The translations under genes were made by a program, and so were the position numbers. Below, one piece after another: positions 10,159 through 21,249 of a stretch of DNA of 44,612 nt. Source of the DNA: Gammaproteobacteria bacterium (lineage in GTDB: Bacteria; Pseudomonadota; Gammaproteobacteria; GRL18); NCBI GenBank assembly GCA_028571885.1, contig JAPVVU010000001.1, positions 1 to 44,612 of the forward strand. The letters are read 5' to 3'. The notes under the pieces are model-generated. The model was not told the DNA's origin. It saw only the letters and a list, made by a program, of their open reading frames with translations, and did no database searches. Numbering within the stretch: position 1 is the stretch's first letter; every line of letters begins with the position of its first letter.

Positions 10159-10249
10159 ATACCTGGCTTGCTATTATACGTTGTCATAGGAGCGGGACTG
10201 GACTAACAATAAAGGCAATCCTCAAATTTTAATTCATAATAACGAAATA

Positions 10250-13200
10250 CTAATTTGATTTATTTAGAAAATGAAAAGGGTATTCTTTTATTATTGAATC
10301 CTGTGATAAAACTAATTTGATTGTGTCAATTTTATCATTATAAAGAAGGGTTAACAGCGCTCTATTATTTTCTGTATGTTTAAATTCAAACGGCTCTGAG
10401 ATCAAATGGTTGTTTGTATTATAGAGTTTTAACTGAACGAGATTTTTGATTTTTCCACGTATTTCAAATTGAATCTGGTGTTTGTTCAACTGTATTGTTT
10501 TAATAAATATTCCATCTGATTTAATGGTCTGTCCAAGAAAATCATATTTTTTTGAATGTATTTTGAATGCCGTGGGAAGACTTAGGGTGATAAGACCCTG
10601 AGGAACTTTATTCTTGTCTTTATACGGTAGCGCTGTGATCTCAAATGCTGAATTTGCATTAAGATAAGATGTTATTCCAGCTGTTTTTATTTGTTCATCA
10701 TTATTAATAATAAAATCGTTAATATCAGATTCACCTTCACTTATGCCTTCAATGAGTCTTTCTTCTTCAATAAATTCATTTGTAGTAAATGAAATGAACT
10801 TATTTAACAGTTGATTATTATCTTCTGAAAGTATGAGTTTAACGGCTGTTATATTTTGACTAATAAAAGGGGATAGACTTGTTTTAATATTTAAAACAGC
10901 ATCCCGCTTTTTTAATTTGGTTAATGGTTTTTCATAGGCCGCATTAATAGTGTCATTTTTATTTTCGTGTACAAACAAATTAACATAAAATGGTGAAGCA
11001 GTTTCCTGAAACGTATCTTTGTTTGGCCACTTTTGACCCAACCATGCAGGATTATCATTCTGAATTTCATTTTTAAGAGGCTTTATCTCCAGTTTACCCG
11101 GACTAAAAGGAATGGGCTCACTCTCTTGTGGTAATAGCTGCGCTCCAATAGGGCCTGATAAGGAAGTTGTTACAGGTAAAATTTCTGGTTTGAATGTAAA
11201 GGGATAATCTAATATTTTGTTTTTATTTGTGTAAAATACTTTAATGACATCAATCGATTCAGAAAATTCATGCTGATAGCTTTTTATTTGTTTATTTTTA
11301 GAAATCTTTTCTTTAAATGAAAGAGTATTAATCACATCTCCCGTAGAATTATATGCTCTGAGTGTTATAAATTGATCTATTTTACCTGTAACCACATACT
11401 CCAAACTATTTGTTTTAGGGTATCGACGCAGGAGCACTGAAAATTGTTCAAACGGAAAGAATTGAATATTTTTTTGTGATTTGATGATTTTTTGTTTTAT
11501 TTGTTCGGGTAGAGACAGAATTATTTTGCCTGCAATTTTTTTAATATCATTATTGTTAAAACCAGGCTTTATATTTATTTGGTTTTTTGCAGTAATTGTA
11601 CGATATGTTATGAAATCATCATTAATGTAGGCTTCTTGTTCGCCATCAAAATCTCTGAAGTAACTTTCAGAAGGTGCCTGATCAATATGAGGGCGCTCCA
11701 AACAGTTTTGCTTAAGAATGTTAATATTGTTTTTATCGGAGACGGAATCGATTTGTAGAATAGCTGAGTGTGAATATTCCATCAGGTTTTGAATGTTCTG
11801 TCCTTTAGCGAGTAGTTCAATCACTAGATTTTTATCATATTTGAACTGGTTTGTTGTTAAGGCAAATGGCCCTGATTTCCATTGTGGCCTTAATTCAATA
11901 TCAAGTTCATCCTGATAGGGTTTAATGTCTCTAACAGAATAGATTTTTTTTATTGTTATAACCTGTTCTTGTTCAGACTGTTCCTGATTAATGGATGAGG
12001 CTGGTTCAGTGCGATTAAAAAAACTGTCTGGATTGCTTTGAACAATGACTAAAAGAATTAAATCGAATAGATTATTTGTTTTTATCGATGAAATTTTGAT
12101 TGCGTTATTGATATCAACGTTTAACTCTTTGAATAAATCTGTATTTTTGGTAAAAGAAGACTCGTCTAATGCTAGCCAAAAACTATCTTTATTCGAAGAT
12201 AAAGCAATATAATTTGAATCCCTGGTACTTATTTTATCAGTAGATTGCTTATGGGCCCGCGTATCACTGTAAAAAAAACTAAAACTGACATTTTTTTGCT
12301 TCTCATTTATCTGATGAAATAAATGATCAAGTTGTAAAAGATTGAAGTTTAATTGTTTTTTTTCAGAAAGGTTTTTGAAATTCTTTAATTTTTGTTTATC
12401 TTCATTTGTTGTAAATAATACATGGCTAATGGTACTGACTATTTTTAAGTCAGGTTTTTTAGTACACACATCTATTACAACAGGTATATTATTAAATTCT
12501 TTTTTTAATTGAGAGAGAAGTGATTGCGGTAATTTATTTTTTAAACTCAATAAAATACCAGCCTGTTCCACTATTTTATCTGTTAGTGCCCTTGTTTTAA
12601 ACACATAAAGTGGATTTTTATTAGAAATACTAAAAGGCGAATTCTTTGCGTAAATTGCTTGTTTTATACTATCAAAGTAACTTGCTTTAATGCCTAATAA
12701 GCTTATAAATTGTGATAATTGTTTTAATTCTGACTTATCTGTAATTTTTATTAAGCTTTCAATATTCTCTTCTATTAAAAAAGGGGTGAGGGTTAGCTTA
12801 GTAACTGATGATTCATTATCAGTTACTTGAAGAGGTAGTGTTTTCTTTGTATCAGAAATCTTTGTTTTTTCAGTTGCTGGAGTTAATGAGATACTGGAGT
12901 CATTAACTTGTGAACTAATATCTTCAACTTTGGGCTGAGAATCATTATTAAGAAAAAAAAGTATTACCATGGTTATAATCACCACACTACTACTAATAGT
13001 GGCGATAATTATTGTTGTTAAATGAGACTTTACTGGTTCTTTTTCTACTGCCATTGATTCTGTCTCAGAATCAATATTCTCAATTATAGGTGATTCATCA
13101 TCAGAAACCTTTTTAGTTACGTCTTCAATATACGTTTCTATACCAGCCTGAGAAAATGTTTTCTGTAAACGACTTGCATATTCTTGAGAATCAGCATGGC

Positions 13201-13354
13201 GAATGACCACCGTTTTTCCTGAGAAAAACTTTCTGGTAATGGTGTGCTTAGGAATTCTGGTGATGTCGTGAACATTTTCTACAACCTGATCTTTATCGAA
13301 ACCCGGTAAAATAACACCTTTAAATGAAACCTTGTATACTTTTTTTATAGCCAT
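10250..13354 (-). CDS. Large hypothetical single-pass membrane protein with internal duplication
   Basis: 1034-aa open frame; small N-terminal cytoplasmic domain (YKVSFKG...FFSGKTVVIR...AGIETYIE), one TM around aa 113-135, two related C-terminal modules. Confidence 0.8.
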   Translation of the reverse strand: MAIKKVYKVSFKGVILPGFDKDQVVENVHDITRIPKHTITRKFFSGKTVVIRHADSQEYASRLQKTFSQAGIETYIEDVTKKVSDDESPIIENIDSETESMAVEKEPVKSHLTTIIIATISSSVVIITMVILFFLNNDSQPKVEDISSQVNDSSISLTPATEKTKISDTKKTLPLQVTDNESSVTKLTLTPFLIEENIESLIKITDKSELKQLSQFISLLGIKASYFDSIKQAIYAKNSPFSISNKNPLYVFKTRALTDKIVEQAGILLSLKNKLPQSLLSQLKKEFNNIPVVIDVCTKKPDLKIVSTISHVLFTTNEDKQKLKNFKNLSEKKQLNFNLLQLDHLFHQINEKQKNVSFSFFYSDTRAHKQSTDKISTRDSNYIALSSNKDSFWLALDESSFTKNTDLFKELNVDINNAIKISSIKTNNLFDLILLVIVQSNPDSFFNRTEPASSINQEQSEQEQVITIKKIYSVRDIKPYQDELDIELRPQWKSGPFALTTNQFKYDKNLVIELLAKGQNIQNLMEYSHSAILQIDSVSDKNNINILKQNCLERPHIDQAPSESYFRDFDGEQEAYINDDFITYRTITAKNQINIKPGFNNNDIKKIAGKIILSLPEQIKQKIIKSQKNIQFFPFEQFSVLLRRYPKTNSLEYVVTGKIDQFITLRAYNSTGDVINTLSFKEKISKNKQIKSYQHEFSESIDVIKVFYTNKNKILDYPFTFKPEILPVTTSLSGPIGAQLLPQESEPIPFSPGKLEIKPLKNEIQNDNPAWLGQKWPNKDTFQETASPFYVNLFVHENKNDTINAAYEKPLTKLKKRDAVLNIKTSLSPFISQNITAVKLILSEDNNQLLNKFISFTTNEFIEEERLIEGISEGESDINDFIINNDEQIKTAGITSYLNANSAFEITALPYKDKNKVPQGLITLSLPTAFKIHSKKYDFLGQTIKSDGIFIKTIQLNKHQIQFEIRGKIKNLVQLKLYNTNNHLISEPFEFKHTENNRALLTLLYNDKIDTIKLVLSQDSIIKEYPFHFLNKSN

Positions 13355-13368
13355 AAATAATAAGGTTT

Positions 13369-14310
13369 TTAAAAAATCAGGCTGCTTTTTGGAAATATAA
13401 TTCCCAAAATTTCCAGTGCATCCATTTCTATTTCAAATAAAATGTCATCGATTGTATTTTTATCAATATTCAGTGCCTCATTTATAGCCGGATTCACTCT
13501 GGCTAAATAAGTCTCTGCTGGTTCAACAATAAGCTCTCCAGATTCTTGTAAATCAGAATTAGTACACAATTCATCCTGTTCTAATATACCACTGTAAATA
13601 GTGGCTACATTCAAAATAGAAAGATCTTTAAAGTGTGAATTTCGGATATCTTCAGGTGCATTGAGAGGTTCATGTAAATATTGAAGGCTGAGTATGATTT
13701 CTTTAGGCAGCTTCCAATATTCTAGTATTTTTGCACTGACCGCATTATAGGTGAAGCCCAGAACATTGTATTCGATATCAAATTCATTTTTCTCAGGCTC
13801 GTTCAGGTGTTGATTAAGTATCTGAGAAACTTCTTTGGAGCGGGTAGAGCAGCAAACAAGTTGTCCAAGACGACTCATGATGGCAGATATAAAGAGTCGA
13901 TCAGCATCAGGAAGTTTTAATCTTTTTGCTAATCGCTTTGAAATCAATGCAAGATAGACAGAGCGGTGCCAGAAATCTTCCATTTTAACCGCTAGACAAT
14001 GATTAGGATCATTAAATTTACCCGTAAGGGAATCCAGTAATATAAGATTTTTAACTTCCTCAACACCAATAAGGTTAAGAGCACGACTGAGACTAGAAAC
14101 TTCGGCACGGAATCCATATAAAGCACTATTCGCGATTTTAAGGATTTTGGCGCTTAGCGTTGCATCTGTACTGATAATATGTCCAATTTCATCAATTGAG
14201 GCCGTATTAGAGAGAATTTTTTCCTCTAATTGATGATAGAGTTCAGGTAAGGTGTATAATTTACCTTCTTCAAGAATAAACTGATTAACTATTAGGTCAA
14301 TTTCTGTCAT
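13369..14310 (-). CDS. HDOD domain protein
   Basis: LYTLP, DATLSAKILKIANSALYG, SSLSRALNLIG, FWHRS, WKLP...LHEP. The usual LHDIG is replaced by MSRLG. Confidence 0.9.
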   Translation of the reverse strand: MTEIDLIVNQFILEEGKLYTLPELYHQLEEKILSNTASIDEIGHIISTDATLSAKILKIANSALYGFRAEVSSLSRALNLIGVEEVKNLILLDSLTGKFNDPNHCLAVKMEDFWHRSVYLALISKRLAKRLKLPDADRLFISAIMSRLGQLVCCSTRSKEVSQILNQHLNEPEKNEFDIEYNVLGFTYNAVSAKILEYWKLPKEIILSLQYLHEPLNAPEDIRNSHFKDLSILNVATIYSGILEQDELCTNSDLQESGELIVEPAETYLARVNPAINEALNIDKNTIDDILFEIEMDALEILGIIFPKSSLIF

Positions 14311-14370
14311 GTTTTCACTGTATTTTTAGTAATTAGCTTGGCTGGCAAATGACTCTGGATTTTTGATTGT

Positions 14371-14436
14371 ATTAAGCTGGCGGCTCTTGATACATTAAGC
14401 TGATGGCTCTTGATACATATAGGCTGATGGCTCTTG
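14371..14436 (+). repeat. About 23-bp tandem repeat x3 in the HDOD/HPP divergent intergenic region
   Basis: ATTAAGCTGGCGGCTCTTGATAC / ATTAAGCTGATGGCTCTTGATAC / ATATAGGCTGATGGCTCTTG. Confidence 0.9.
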
Positions 14437-14536
14437 TTTATTAACTTGATGAATCATATTCCTATAAGTTGACTATAGCACTTAATTTAATTTTTGTTTC
14501 ATAGAATTATTAATTATCCAACATTACTCACATATT

Positions 14537-15688
14537 ATGATATTAAAAGAACTTGTTAAACTCTTTGGCCCGGGAAAGTCGAATGTTTCTTTGCATGAAA
14601 AAATAATTTCTGCGGCAGCTGGATTAGTTGGTATTGGCCTTATTATGGCCATTAGTCAGCATTTTTTAGATTCACAGAGTTTACCCTGGGTGGTTGCATC
14701 AATGGGAGCGTCTGCTGTTTTGCTCTTTGCTGTCCCAAAAGGTCCTCTTTCACAACCCTGGTCATTCGTAGCCGGACACTTATTTTCAGCATTTATTGGT
14801 ATTTCAGTTGCCAGGCTAATTGCAGACCCTGTAATGGCCTCTGCTGTTGCAGTTTCATTAGCAATTTTTGTCATGTATTTAACCCGTTCTTTACATCCGC
14901 CCGGCGGTGCAACTGCATTGACGGCGGTTGTTGGCGGCAGTGCTATTACCGAATTGGGTTATTGGTATATGCTCACACCAATTGCCCTGAATTTGATTGT
15001 TATGCTGATTTGGGCACTTATTATTAATAATTTAATGCCAAACCGATGTTACCCCAATGGCATCAAGAATATTAATAAACAAAAAATTATAGATGAAACA
15101 ATCGGTTTAAAACGGCCTAATATGATCCATCGTTCAGATTTACATGAAGCATTAACAGAAATGGATGTTTTTGTTGATGTCTCTGAAGATGATTTAAATA
15201 AAATCTTTAATTTGTCACTCATGCAAACACACAAGAAAAAAATGGGTGAAATTTTATGTCGTGATATTATGACTACAAATGTTATAAGTGTTGAATATGA
15301 TACAGATGTAGAAGAGGTATGGAAATTACTCATCGAAAAACGTGTTCATGCTTTTCCAGTTATTGACAGGGCAGGCTATGTGCTTGGTGTTATCAGTATG
15401 GATGACTTTCTTAATCAGATTGTAGTTAATTCAAATTCTAATATTATCACTCAACTTCATGATTTTATACTAAAAACAAATGATAGTCATACTGATAAAC
15501 CTGAATTTGCAGGGCATTTAATGAGTAAGCCGGCAATCACAATTAGTGAAAATCAACACATTTTAGACTTATATGAACTATTTTATTCACATAACATCCA
15601 TCATTTACCGGTTGTAAACAGTGATAATAAATTATGCGGAATTATCACACCTAAAGACCTGCTTATCGCTTTTCAAAATAGAGACTGA
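14537..15688 (+). CDS. HPP family membrane protein with C-terminal CBS domains
   Basis: ASMGASAVLLF, PLSQPW, LHPPGGATAL; CBS pair (DIMT...FPVID...GVIS; LMSKP...HHLPVV...GIIT). Confidence 0.92.
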   Translation: MILKELVKLFGPGKSNVSLHEKIISAAAGLVGIGLIMAISQHFLDSQSLPWVVASMGASAVLLFAVPKGPLSQPWSFVAGHLFSAFIGISVARLIADPVMASAVAVSLAIFVMYLTRSLHPPGGATALTAVVGGSAITELGYWYMLTPIALNLIVMLIWALIINNLMPNRCYPNGIKNINKQKIIDETIGLKRPNMIHRSDLHEALTEMDVFVDVSEDDLNKIFNLSLMQTHKKKMGEILCRDIMTTNVISVEYDTDVEEVWKLLIEKRVHAFPVIDRAGYVLGVISMDDFLNQIVVNSNSNIITQLHDFILKTNDSHTDKPEFAGHLMSKPAITISENQHILDLYELFYSHNIHHLPVVNSDNKLCGIITPKDLLIAFQNRD

Positions 15689-15760
15689 TGAATGCATTGA
15701 TTTGTTTTCCCCAGTTGGTTTCCGGGCTATTTTAAATCGCCTGTTTTTAGCAAAAAGAAC

Positions 15761-15789
15761 TTGCCATGAGCTTGATATGCCCCTATAAT
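15761..15789 (+). promoter_or_regulatory. Sigma70 promoter of the rimP-nusA-infB operon
   Basis: TTGCCA, 17-bp spacer, TATAAT. Confidence 0.7.
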
Positions 15790-15979
15790 CTAGCCAAATA
15801 AATTACTGATGATACAAAGAGTAGTCACTTCCATTGTAAGTTTTTTTACATAATGAATTATTGTTTGTATAACTGACTGTTATTTGTCGTATTTTTGGGA
15901 GTAATGAAGAAGCTCCTAATCTGTTCCACTTATTTAAAATATTTAAATAAGTTGATTAAAATGAACAGGAATTTTTAAG

Positions 15980-16006
15980 AGTGGGCCTTTGGCCCATTTT
16001 TTATTT
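15980..16006 (+). promoter_or_regulatory. rimP leader terminator-like hairpin
   Basis: GTGGGCC-TTT-GGCCCAT followed by a T-run, about 80 nt upstream of rimP; resembles the conserved gammaproteobacterial rimP leader. Confidence 0.7.
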
Positions 16007-16083
16007 GTGAAAGATTATTTATTTAGATGCTCATTTTTAACTTATCATTCAAAAAATAAGCAATATCATCTGAGACAGCTTTA

Positions 16084-16545
16084 ATGGCCATTAAAACACA
16101 ACAATTAGAAAACCTGCTTGAACCTGTTGTTAGCTCTATGGACTATGAATTTGTTGGTCTGGAATTCATCTCTCAAGGTCGACATTCAATACTACGTATC
16201 TATATTGATTCTGAAAATGGTGTTGGTGTTGACGACTGTGCTAATGTGAGTCGCCAGTTGAGTGCTGTTTTAGATGTTGAGGATCCGATAGCAAGTGAAT
16301 ATTCATTAGAAATATCATCACCCGGACTCAATCGACCACTGTTTAAATTGTCACAATACGAACAATTTATAGGTGAGGAAGTTAAATTTAAAACAATTCG
16401 TCCTCAACTTGAAAATGGTCAACGTAAATTTAAAGGCACAATAACTGCCGTAGAGAATAATAATGTAGTATTTGATATTGATAATGAAGTCTTATCAGTG
16501 CCATTTACTGACATCGATAAAGCAAATATAGTTGCTAAATTTTAA
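16084..16545 (+). CDS. rimP: Ribosome maturation factor RimP
   Basis: LRIYID, DDCANVSRQLSAVLDVEDPI, YSLEISSPGLNRPL. Confidence 0.97.
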   Translation: MAIKTQQLENLLEPVVSSMDYEFVGLEFISQGRHSILRIYIDSENGVGVDDCANVSRQLSAVLDVEDPIASEYSLEISSPGLNRPLFKLSQYEQFIGEEVKFKTIRPQLENGQRKFKGTITAVENNNVVFDIDNEVLSVPFTDIDKANIVAKF

Positions 16546-16585
16546 TCAATATAACTGACAGTACGAAAATTGTTAAGGTAAAAAT

Positions 16586-18154
16586 ATGAGCAAAGAAATC
16601 CTTCTGGTCGTTGATGCTGTTTCACATGAACGTGGAATCGAAAAAGAAATTATTTTTGATGCCCTTGAAACTGCATTGGCCTCTGCTACTAAGAAAAAAA
16701 ATAGTAAAGAGATTGATGTACGTGTCGCGATTGACCGAGAAACTGGCGACTATGAAACATTTCGACGCTGGCAGGTGCTTGATGATGAAACTGAACCCTT
16801 CGAATTTTATGACAAACAGGTTTTGTATAGCCGGATTGTTGACGATAATCCCGGCATCGCGTTCGGTGATTTTATTGAAGAACCGATGGAATCTGTAGTA
16901 TTCGGGCGTATTGCAGCCCAAACAGCAAAGCAGGTTATTGTTCAGAAAGTACGTGAAGCAGAACGAAAGAAAGTAGCTGATGAATATCAGGAGCGAATTG
17001 GTGAATTAATTTCTGGCGTTGTTAAGCGTATTGAACGCGGCAATGTGATTGTTGATATCGGTAACAATATTGATGCCGTAATCAAAAGGGAAGATATGAT
17101 ACTCAGAGAACCGGTACGAAATGGTGACCGAATCAAAGGGTACCTCTATGAAGCCGTGAATCAAAGCAGAGGTCCGCAATTAAGCTTAAGTCGAATTTCT
17201 TCTGAGTATCTTATTGAATTATTTAAAATTGAAGTGCCGGAAATTGGTGAAGGTTTAATTATAATTCACAAAGCAGCACGCGATCCCGGTTTGCGTGCCA
17301 AGATTGCCGTTGAGGCACTTGATGATCGCATTGATCCGGTCGGTGCCTGTGTCGGCATGCGTGGTTCACGTGTTCAGGTTGTTTCAAATGAACTGGCTGG
17401 AGAAAGAGTTGATATTATTCTCTGGGATGAAAATGCTGCTCAGTTTGTCATTAATGCAATGTCTCCGGCCGAAGTGAAGTCGATTGTTGTGGATGAAGAA
17501 AGCAACTCAATGGATATTGCTGTTGATGAATCACAGCTCTCTCAGGCCATTGGACGTAATGGACAAAACATTAAACTAGCCTCTCAACTTACAGGTTGGG
17601 ATTTGAATGTGATGACGGTTGAAGACGCTGAGAACAAAGATGAAGAAGAAACTCAGAATTTATTAAATCAATTAATAGAAGAATTAACCATTGATGAAGA
17701 TTTGGCTATTATTCTGTTGAATGAAGGATTTACCTCACTTGAGGAAGTTGCTTTTGTCCCTCTTCAGGAAATGTTAGATATTGAAGATCTTGATGAAGAA
17801 ACTGTAATGGCCTTGAGGGAACGGGCGAAAGATGTCCTTCTAACTAAAGCTATATCGGCTGAAGAGCAATTAGGTGATTCTGAGCCTGCAGCTGATCTAC
17901 TGGCAATGGAAGGTATGAATGAACAACTGGCTCATCAATTAGCATCAAGAAATATTATTACCATGGAAGATCTGGCTGAACAGTCAGTCGATGATTTGCT
18001 GGAAATACAAGCGATGGATGAAAAACAGGCTGCAGAACTGATTATGACGGCAAGAGCACCCTGGTTTGCAGAAGCTGAAGCTGCTGAAAAAGCAACTGAT
18101 GAAAAAGCAACTGATGAACAACAAGCACAAACAGACACTGAAGAAAAGCAGTAA
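16586..18154 (+). CDS. nusA: Transcription termination/antitermination factor NusA
   Basis: [14 protein letters not shown]1 and KH domains ([13 protein letters not shown]), acidic repeat tail. Confidence 0.98.
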   Translation: MSKEILLVVDAVSHERGIEKEIIFDALETALASATKKKNSKEIDVRVAIDRETGDYETFRRWQVLDDETEPFEFYDKQVLYSRIVDDNPGIAFGDFIEEPMESVVFGRIAAQTAKQVIVQKVREAERKKVADEYQERIGELISGVVKRIERGNVIVDIGNNIDAVIKREDMILREPVRNGDRIKGYLYEAVNQSRGPQLSLSRISSEYLIELFKIEVPEIGEGLIIIHKAARDPGLRAKIAVEALDDRIDPVGACVGMRGSRVQVVSNELAGERVDIILWDENAAQFVINAMSPAEVKSIVVDEESNSMDIAVDESQLSQAIGRNGQNIKLASQLTGWDLNVMTVEDAENKDEEETQNLLNQLIEELTIDEDLAIILLNEGFTSLEEVAFVPLQEMLDIEDLDEETVMALRERAKDVLLTKAISAEEQLGDSEPAADLLAMEGMNEQLAHQLASRNIITMEDLAEQSVDDLLEIQAMDEKQAAELIMTARAPWFAEAEAAEKATDEKATDEQQAQTDTEEKQ

Positions 18155-18177
18155 CATAGGGCGAGGAGATTTATATA

Positions 18178-20748
18178 ATGTCAGAAACAAAGGTTGCACA
18201 ATTTGCCGAAACCATAGGCACGCCCGTTGAACGTCTTATTGAACAGATGCACAGTGCTGGTATAACGGTTGATGGCGCTGAGTCATTTATTAGTGATGAT
18301 CAAAAACAGAAATTACTAGGATATTTGCGCGATAAGCATGGTTCAGTGAGCAAGGCTTCGCCGAACAAAATTATCTTGAAACGAAAAACAACGAGTGAAT
18401 TAACTTCGGTTTCAAGCACTAGCAGAACAAGTAGTAAAGTAAAAGTAGAAGTTAGAAAAAAAAGGACTTATGTGAAAAAAAGTGCTTTGGATGAAAAAGT
18501 ACCCTCAGCTGATGCCGAATTATTAGAAGCACGTCGTATTGCACAAGATGCTAAGGCTCAACAAGAAAAAGAAGCTCAGACTAAAAAAGAAGCTGACTTA
18601 CAAGTACAAGAAATTGAAGAACAGGCAAAACAGGACGAAGTAAAAAAACGCGAAGCCGAGTTGGCTGAACAGGAAGCCGGGGTAAAAGCAGCACAAGATA
18701 AAATAACTGAAACACGAGAAATCGAGCATCTTGCCAGAAAACAGACAAAGCCGATTCTTAAAGAAGCACCAAGAACTGCAGATAAGTCAAAAGTCGCTGT
18801 AGATAAAATCACTACAGCTAAAAAGAGACATCCTGACAAAGCTAAATTTGTTGCACCCAAAGATGCCCCAAAGAAAGGTGCTGCTGCGAATAAACAACGC
18901 AAAGGTCGATTTGCAACTACCTCGCGTAATAAAAAGAAACGCTTCAATAAGCCTGAAATTGAGACTCAACACGCATTTGAAATGCCGACAGAAATTAAAG
19001 TGATGGATGTTGCTATTCCAGAAACCATCAAAGTCGGTGATTTGGCACAAAAAATGTCAGTCAAAGCCGGTGAAGTTATTAAAATTATGATGAATATGGG
19101 CAGCATGGTGACGATAAACCAGATGCTTGATCAGGAAACAGCCTCTATTGTAATTGAAGAAATGGGCCATAAACCTATTCTTATGAAAGAGGAAGAGATT
19201 GAAGATGAACTTATGGAAGAGCATGTAGAAGGTGAGAAAGCACCACGTGCGCCGGTTGTTACCATTATGGGTCATGTTGATCATGGTAAAACGTCTTTAC
19301 TTGATTACATACGTGAATCTAAAGTGGCTGATAGTGAAGCGGGTGGCATTACTCAGCATATTGGTGCTTATCATGTAGAGACTGCGAAAGGCATGATTTC
19401 CTTTCTGGACACACCAGGACACGCGGCATTTACTTCAATGCGTTCACGTGGTGCTAATGCAACTGATATTGTTATTGTTGTTGTCGCAGCTGATGATGGT
19501 GTAATGCCGCAAACAAAAGAGGCTGTTCAGCACGCTAAGGCTGCTGATGTACCCATTATTGTTGCCGTGAATAAAATTGATAAAGAAGATTCCGATCCAG
19601 AACGTGTTAAAAATGAATTATCTGCACTTGATGTAATACCTGAAGATTGGGGCGGTGATGTCATGTTCATGCCTGTTTCTGCTAAAACTGGACAAGGTAT
19701 TGACGATTTACTGGATGCTATTTCAGTGACAGCTGAAATGATGGAACTCAAGGCAGTTCCTGATGGTCCTGCCAAAGGGATTGTTATTGAATCTCGTCTT
19801 GATAAAGGGCGAGGTACTGTTGCTACTATTTTGGTTCAAAGTGGTCTGTTAAATAAAGGTGACATGATTATTGCGGGTCAGGATTATGGTCGTATCCGTG
19901 CAATGATGGATGAAGATGGCAATGTAATACAATCGGCAGGTCCTTCAATCCCTGTAGAAGTACTTGGTTTATCCGGTACTCCAACAGCAGGTTCAGAAAT
20001 GCTTGTTGTTAAAAATGAACGTAAAGCCCGAGAAGTTGCCCTGTTCCGTCAGGGGAAATATCGCGATATCAAACTGGCCAGACAACAGGCTGCCAAACTG
20101 GAAAATATGTTCACCAAAATGGAAAGCGGCCATGTACAAACCTTAAATATTGTATTAAAAGCAGATGTTCAGGGTTCAGTTGAAGCCATTTCTGATGCGT
20201 TAAAGAAACTTTCCACGGATGAAATTAAAGTTAATATTGTTTCTGATGGCGTAGGTGGTATCAACGAATCTGATGCGCAGCTGGCAGTTGCATCAAATGC
20301 TGTTGTTATTGGTTTTAATGTTCGTGCCGATGCATCAGCCAAGAAAATCATTGAAAATGAAGCAGTTGATCTTCATTATTATAGTGTGATTTATGATATT
20401 CTTGATGAAATCACCACATCAATGACCGGTATGCTGGCACCGGAATTTAAAGATGTCATCATGGGATTGGCCGAGGTCAGGGATGTCTTCCGTTCACCAA
20501 AACTGGGCGCTATTGCTGGTTGTATGGTAGTCGATGGCCCCCTTAAGCGTAATAGTCCAATTCGTGTATTACGAGAAAATGTCGTTATATACGAAGGTGA
20601 ACTTGAGTCTTTACGTCGTTTTAAAGATGATGTTCAGGAAGTTAAATCCGGTATGGAATGCGGTATCGGGGTGAAAAACTATAATGACGTTAAAGCGGGT
20701 GATCAAATTGAAGTCTATGAACGAGTTCAAGTAAAAAGGACACTATAA
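18178..20748 (+). CDS. infB: Translation initiation factor IF-2
   Basis: [17 protein letters not shown] GTPase motifs; operon context. Confidence 0.99.
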   Translation: MSETKVAQFAETIGTPVERLIEQMHSAGITVDGAESFISDDQKQKLLGYLRDKHGSVSKASPNKIILKRKTTSELTSVSSTSRTSSKVKVEVRKKRTYVKKSALDEKVPSADAELLEARRIAQDAKAQQEKEAQTKKEADLQVQEIEEQAKQDEVKKREAELAEQEAGVKAAQDKITETREIEHLARKQTKPILKEAPRTADKSKVAVDKITTAKKRHPDKAKFVAPKDAPKKGAAANKQRKGRFATTSRNKKKRFNKPEIETQHAFEMPTEIKVMDVAIPETIKVGDLAQKMSVKAGEVIKIMMNMGSMVTINQMLDQETASIVIEEMGHKPILMKEEEIEDELMEEHVEGEKAPRAPVVTIMGHVDHGKTSLLDYIRESKVADSEAGGITQHIGAYHVETAKGMISFLDTPGHAAFTSMRSRGANATDIVIVVVAADDGVMPQTKEAVQHAKAADVPIIVAVNKIDKEDSDPERVKNELSALDVIPEDWGGDVMFMPVSAKTGQGIDDLLDAISVTAEMMELKAVPDGPAKGIVIESRLDKGRGTVATILVQSGLLNKGDMIIAGQDYGRIRAMMDEDGNVIQSAGPSIPVEVLGLSGTPTAGSEMLVVKNERKAREVALFRQGKYRDIKLARQQAAKLENMFTKMESGHVQTLNIVLKADVQGSVEAISDALKKLSTDEIKVNIVSDGVGGINESDAQLAVASNAVVIGFNVRADASAKKIIENEAVDLHYYSVIYDILDEITTSMTGMLAPEFKDVIMGLAEVRDVFRSPKLGAIAGCMVVDGPLKRNSPIRVLRENVVIYEGELESLRRFKDDVQEVKSGMECGIGVKNYNDVKAGDQIEVYERVQVKRTL

Positions 20749-20750
20749 AG

Positions 20751-21176
20751 ATGCCTGCTGATTTTAGCCGAAGTCGCAGAGTCGGTGAATTAATCCAGCG
20801 TGAACTAGCGACAATGTTAACGAGGGATGTAAAAGACCCTCGTCTGGCATTCGTTTCAATTACTGCAGTTGATGTTACTCGTGACCTGAGTTTGGCAAAA
20901 GTATTTTATACAGTTATTAATGCTGATATAGATAACAAAAATCATGGCAGTAAGAAGCAGAGTGAAGATAAAGAAAAAGTTCGTGAAGGGTTAAATAAAG
21001 CATCTGGATTTCTGCGCTATGAGTTAGGGCAGCGAATCAAACTTCGAATAGTTCCTCGTTTAGAATTTAAATACGATGAATCTGTACTTCATGGCGCTCA
21101 ACTGACACAGTTGATTGATAGTGCAATTGCTGATGATGAAGATCGTTCTCATGATAAACCCGCTAAAAAAACCTAA
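20751..21176 (+). CDS. rbfA: Ribosome-binding factor A
   Basis: RSRRVGELIQREL, VTRDLSLAKVF, LRIVPRLEFKYD. Confidence 0.97.
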   Translation: MPADFSRSRRVGELIQRELATMLTRDVKDPRLAFVSITAVDVTRDLSLAKVFYTVINADIDNKNHGSKKQSEDKEKVREGLNKASGFLRYELGQRIKLRIVPRLEFKYDESVLHGAQLTQLIDSAIADDEDRSHDKPAKKT

Positions 21177-21249
21177 GGTTTTGTGATAATTAGTATTCTA
21201 TTGCCACTTTTAACATTCCATTCTTTATATTAATACTCAAGGTAAATAA

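Noticed and set aside
9349-10249. tRNA-Asp or integration hotspot after dnaQ
   Set aside because: No cloverleaf or T-loop motif in the short intergenic gaps; no integrase.
10250-13354. Horizontally acquired island or pseudogene based on AT richness
   Set aside because: The frame is intact for 1034 codons, with no mobility genes or flanking repeats; composition alone is not sufficient.
14371-14436. Tandem repeats here, at 7191 and at 28715 as possible mini-CRISPR arrays
   Set aside because: Units are contiguous with no unique spacers, and there are no cas genes.
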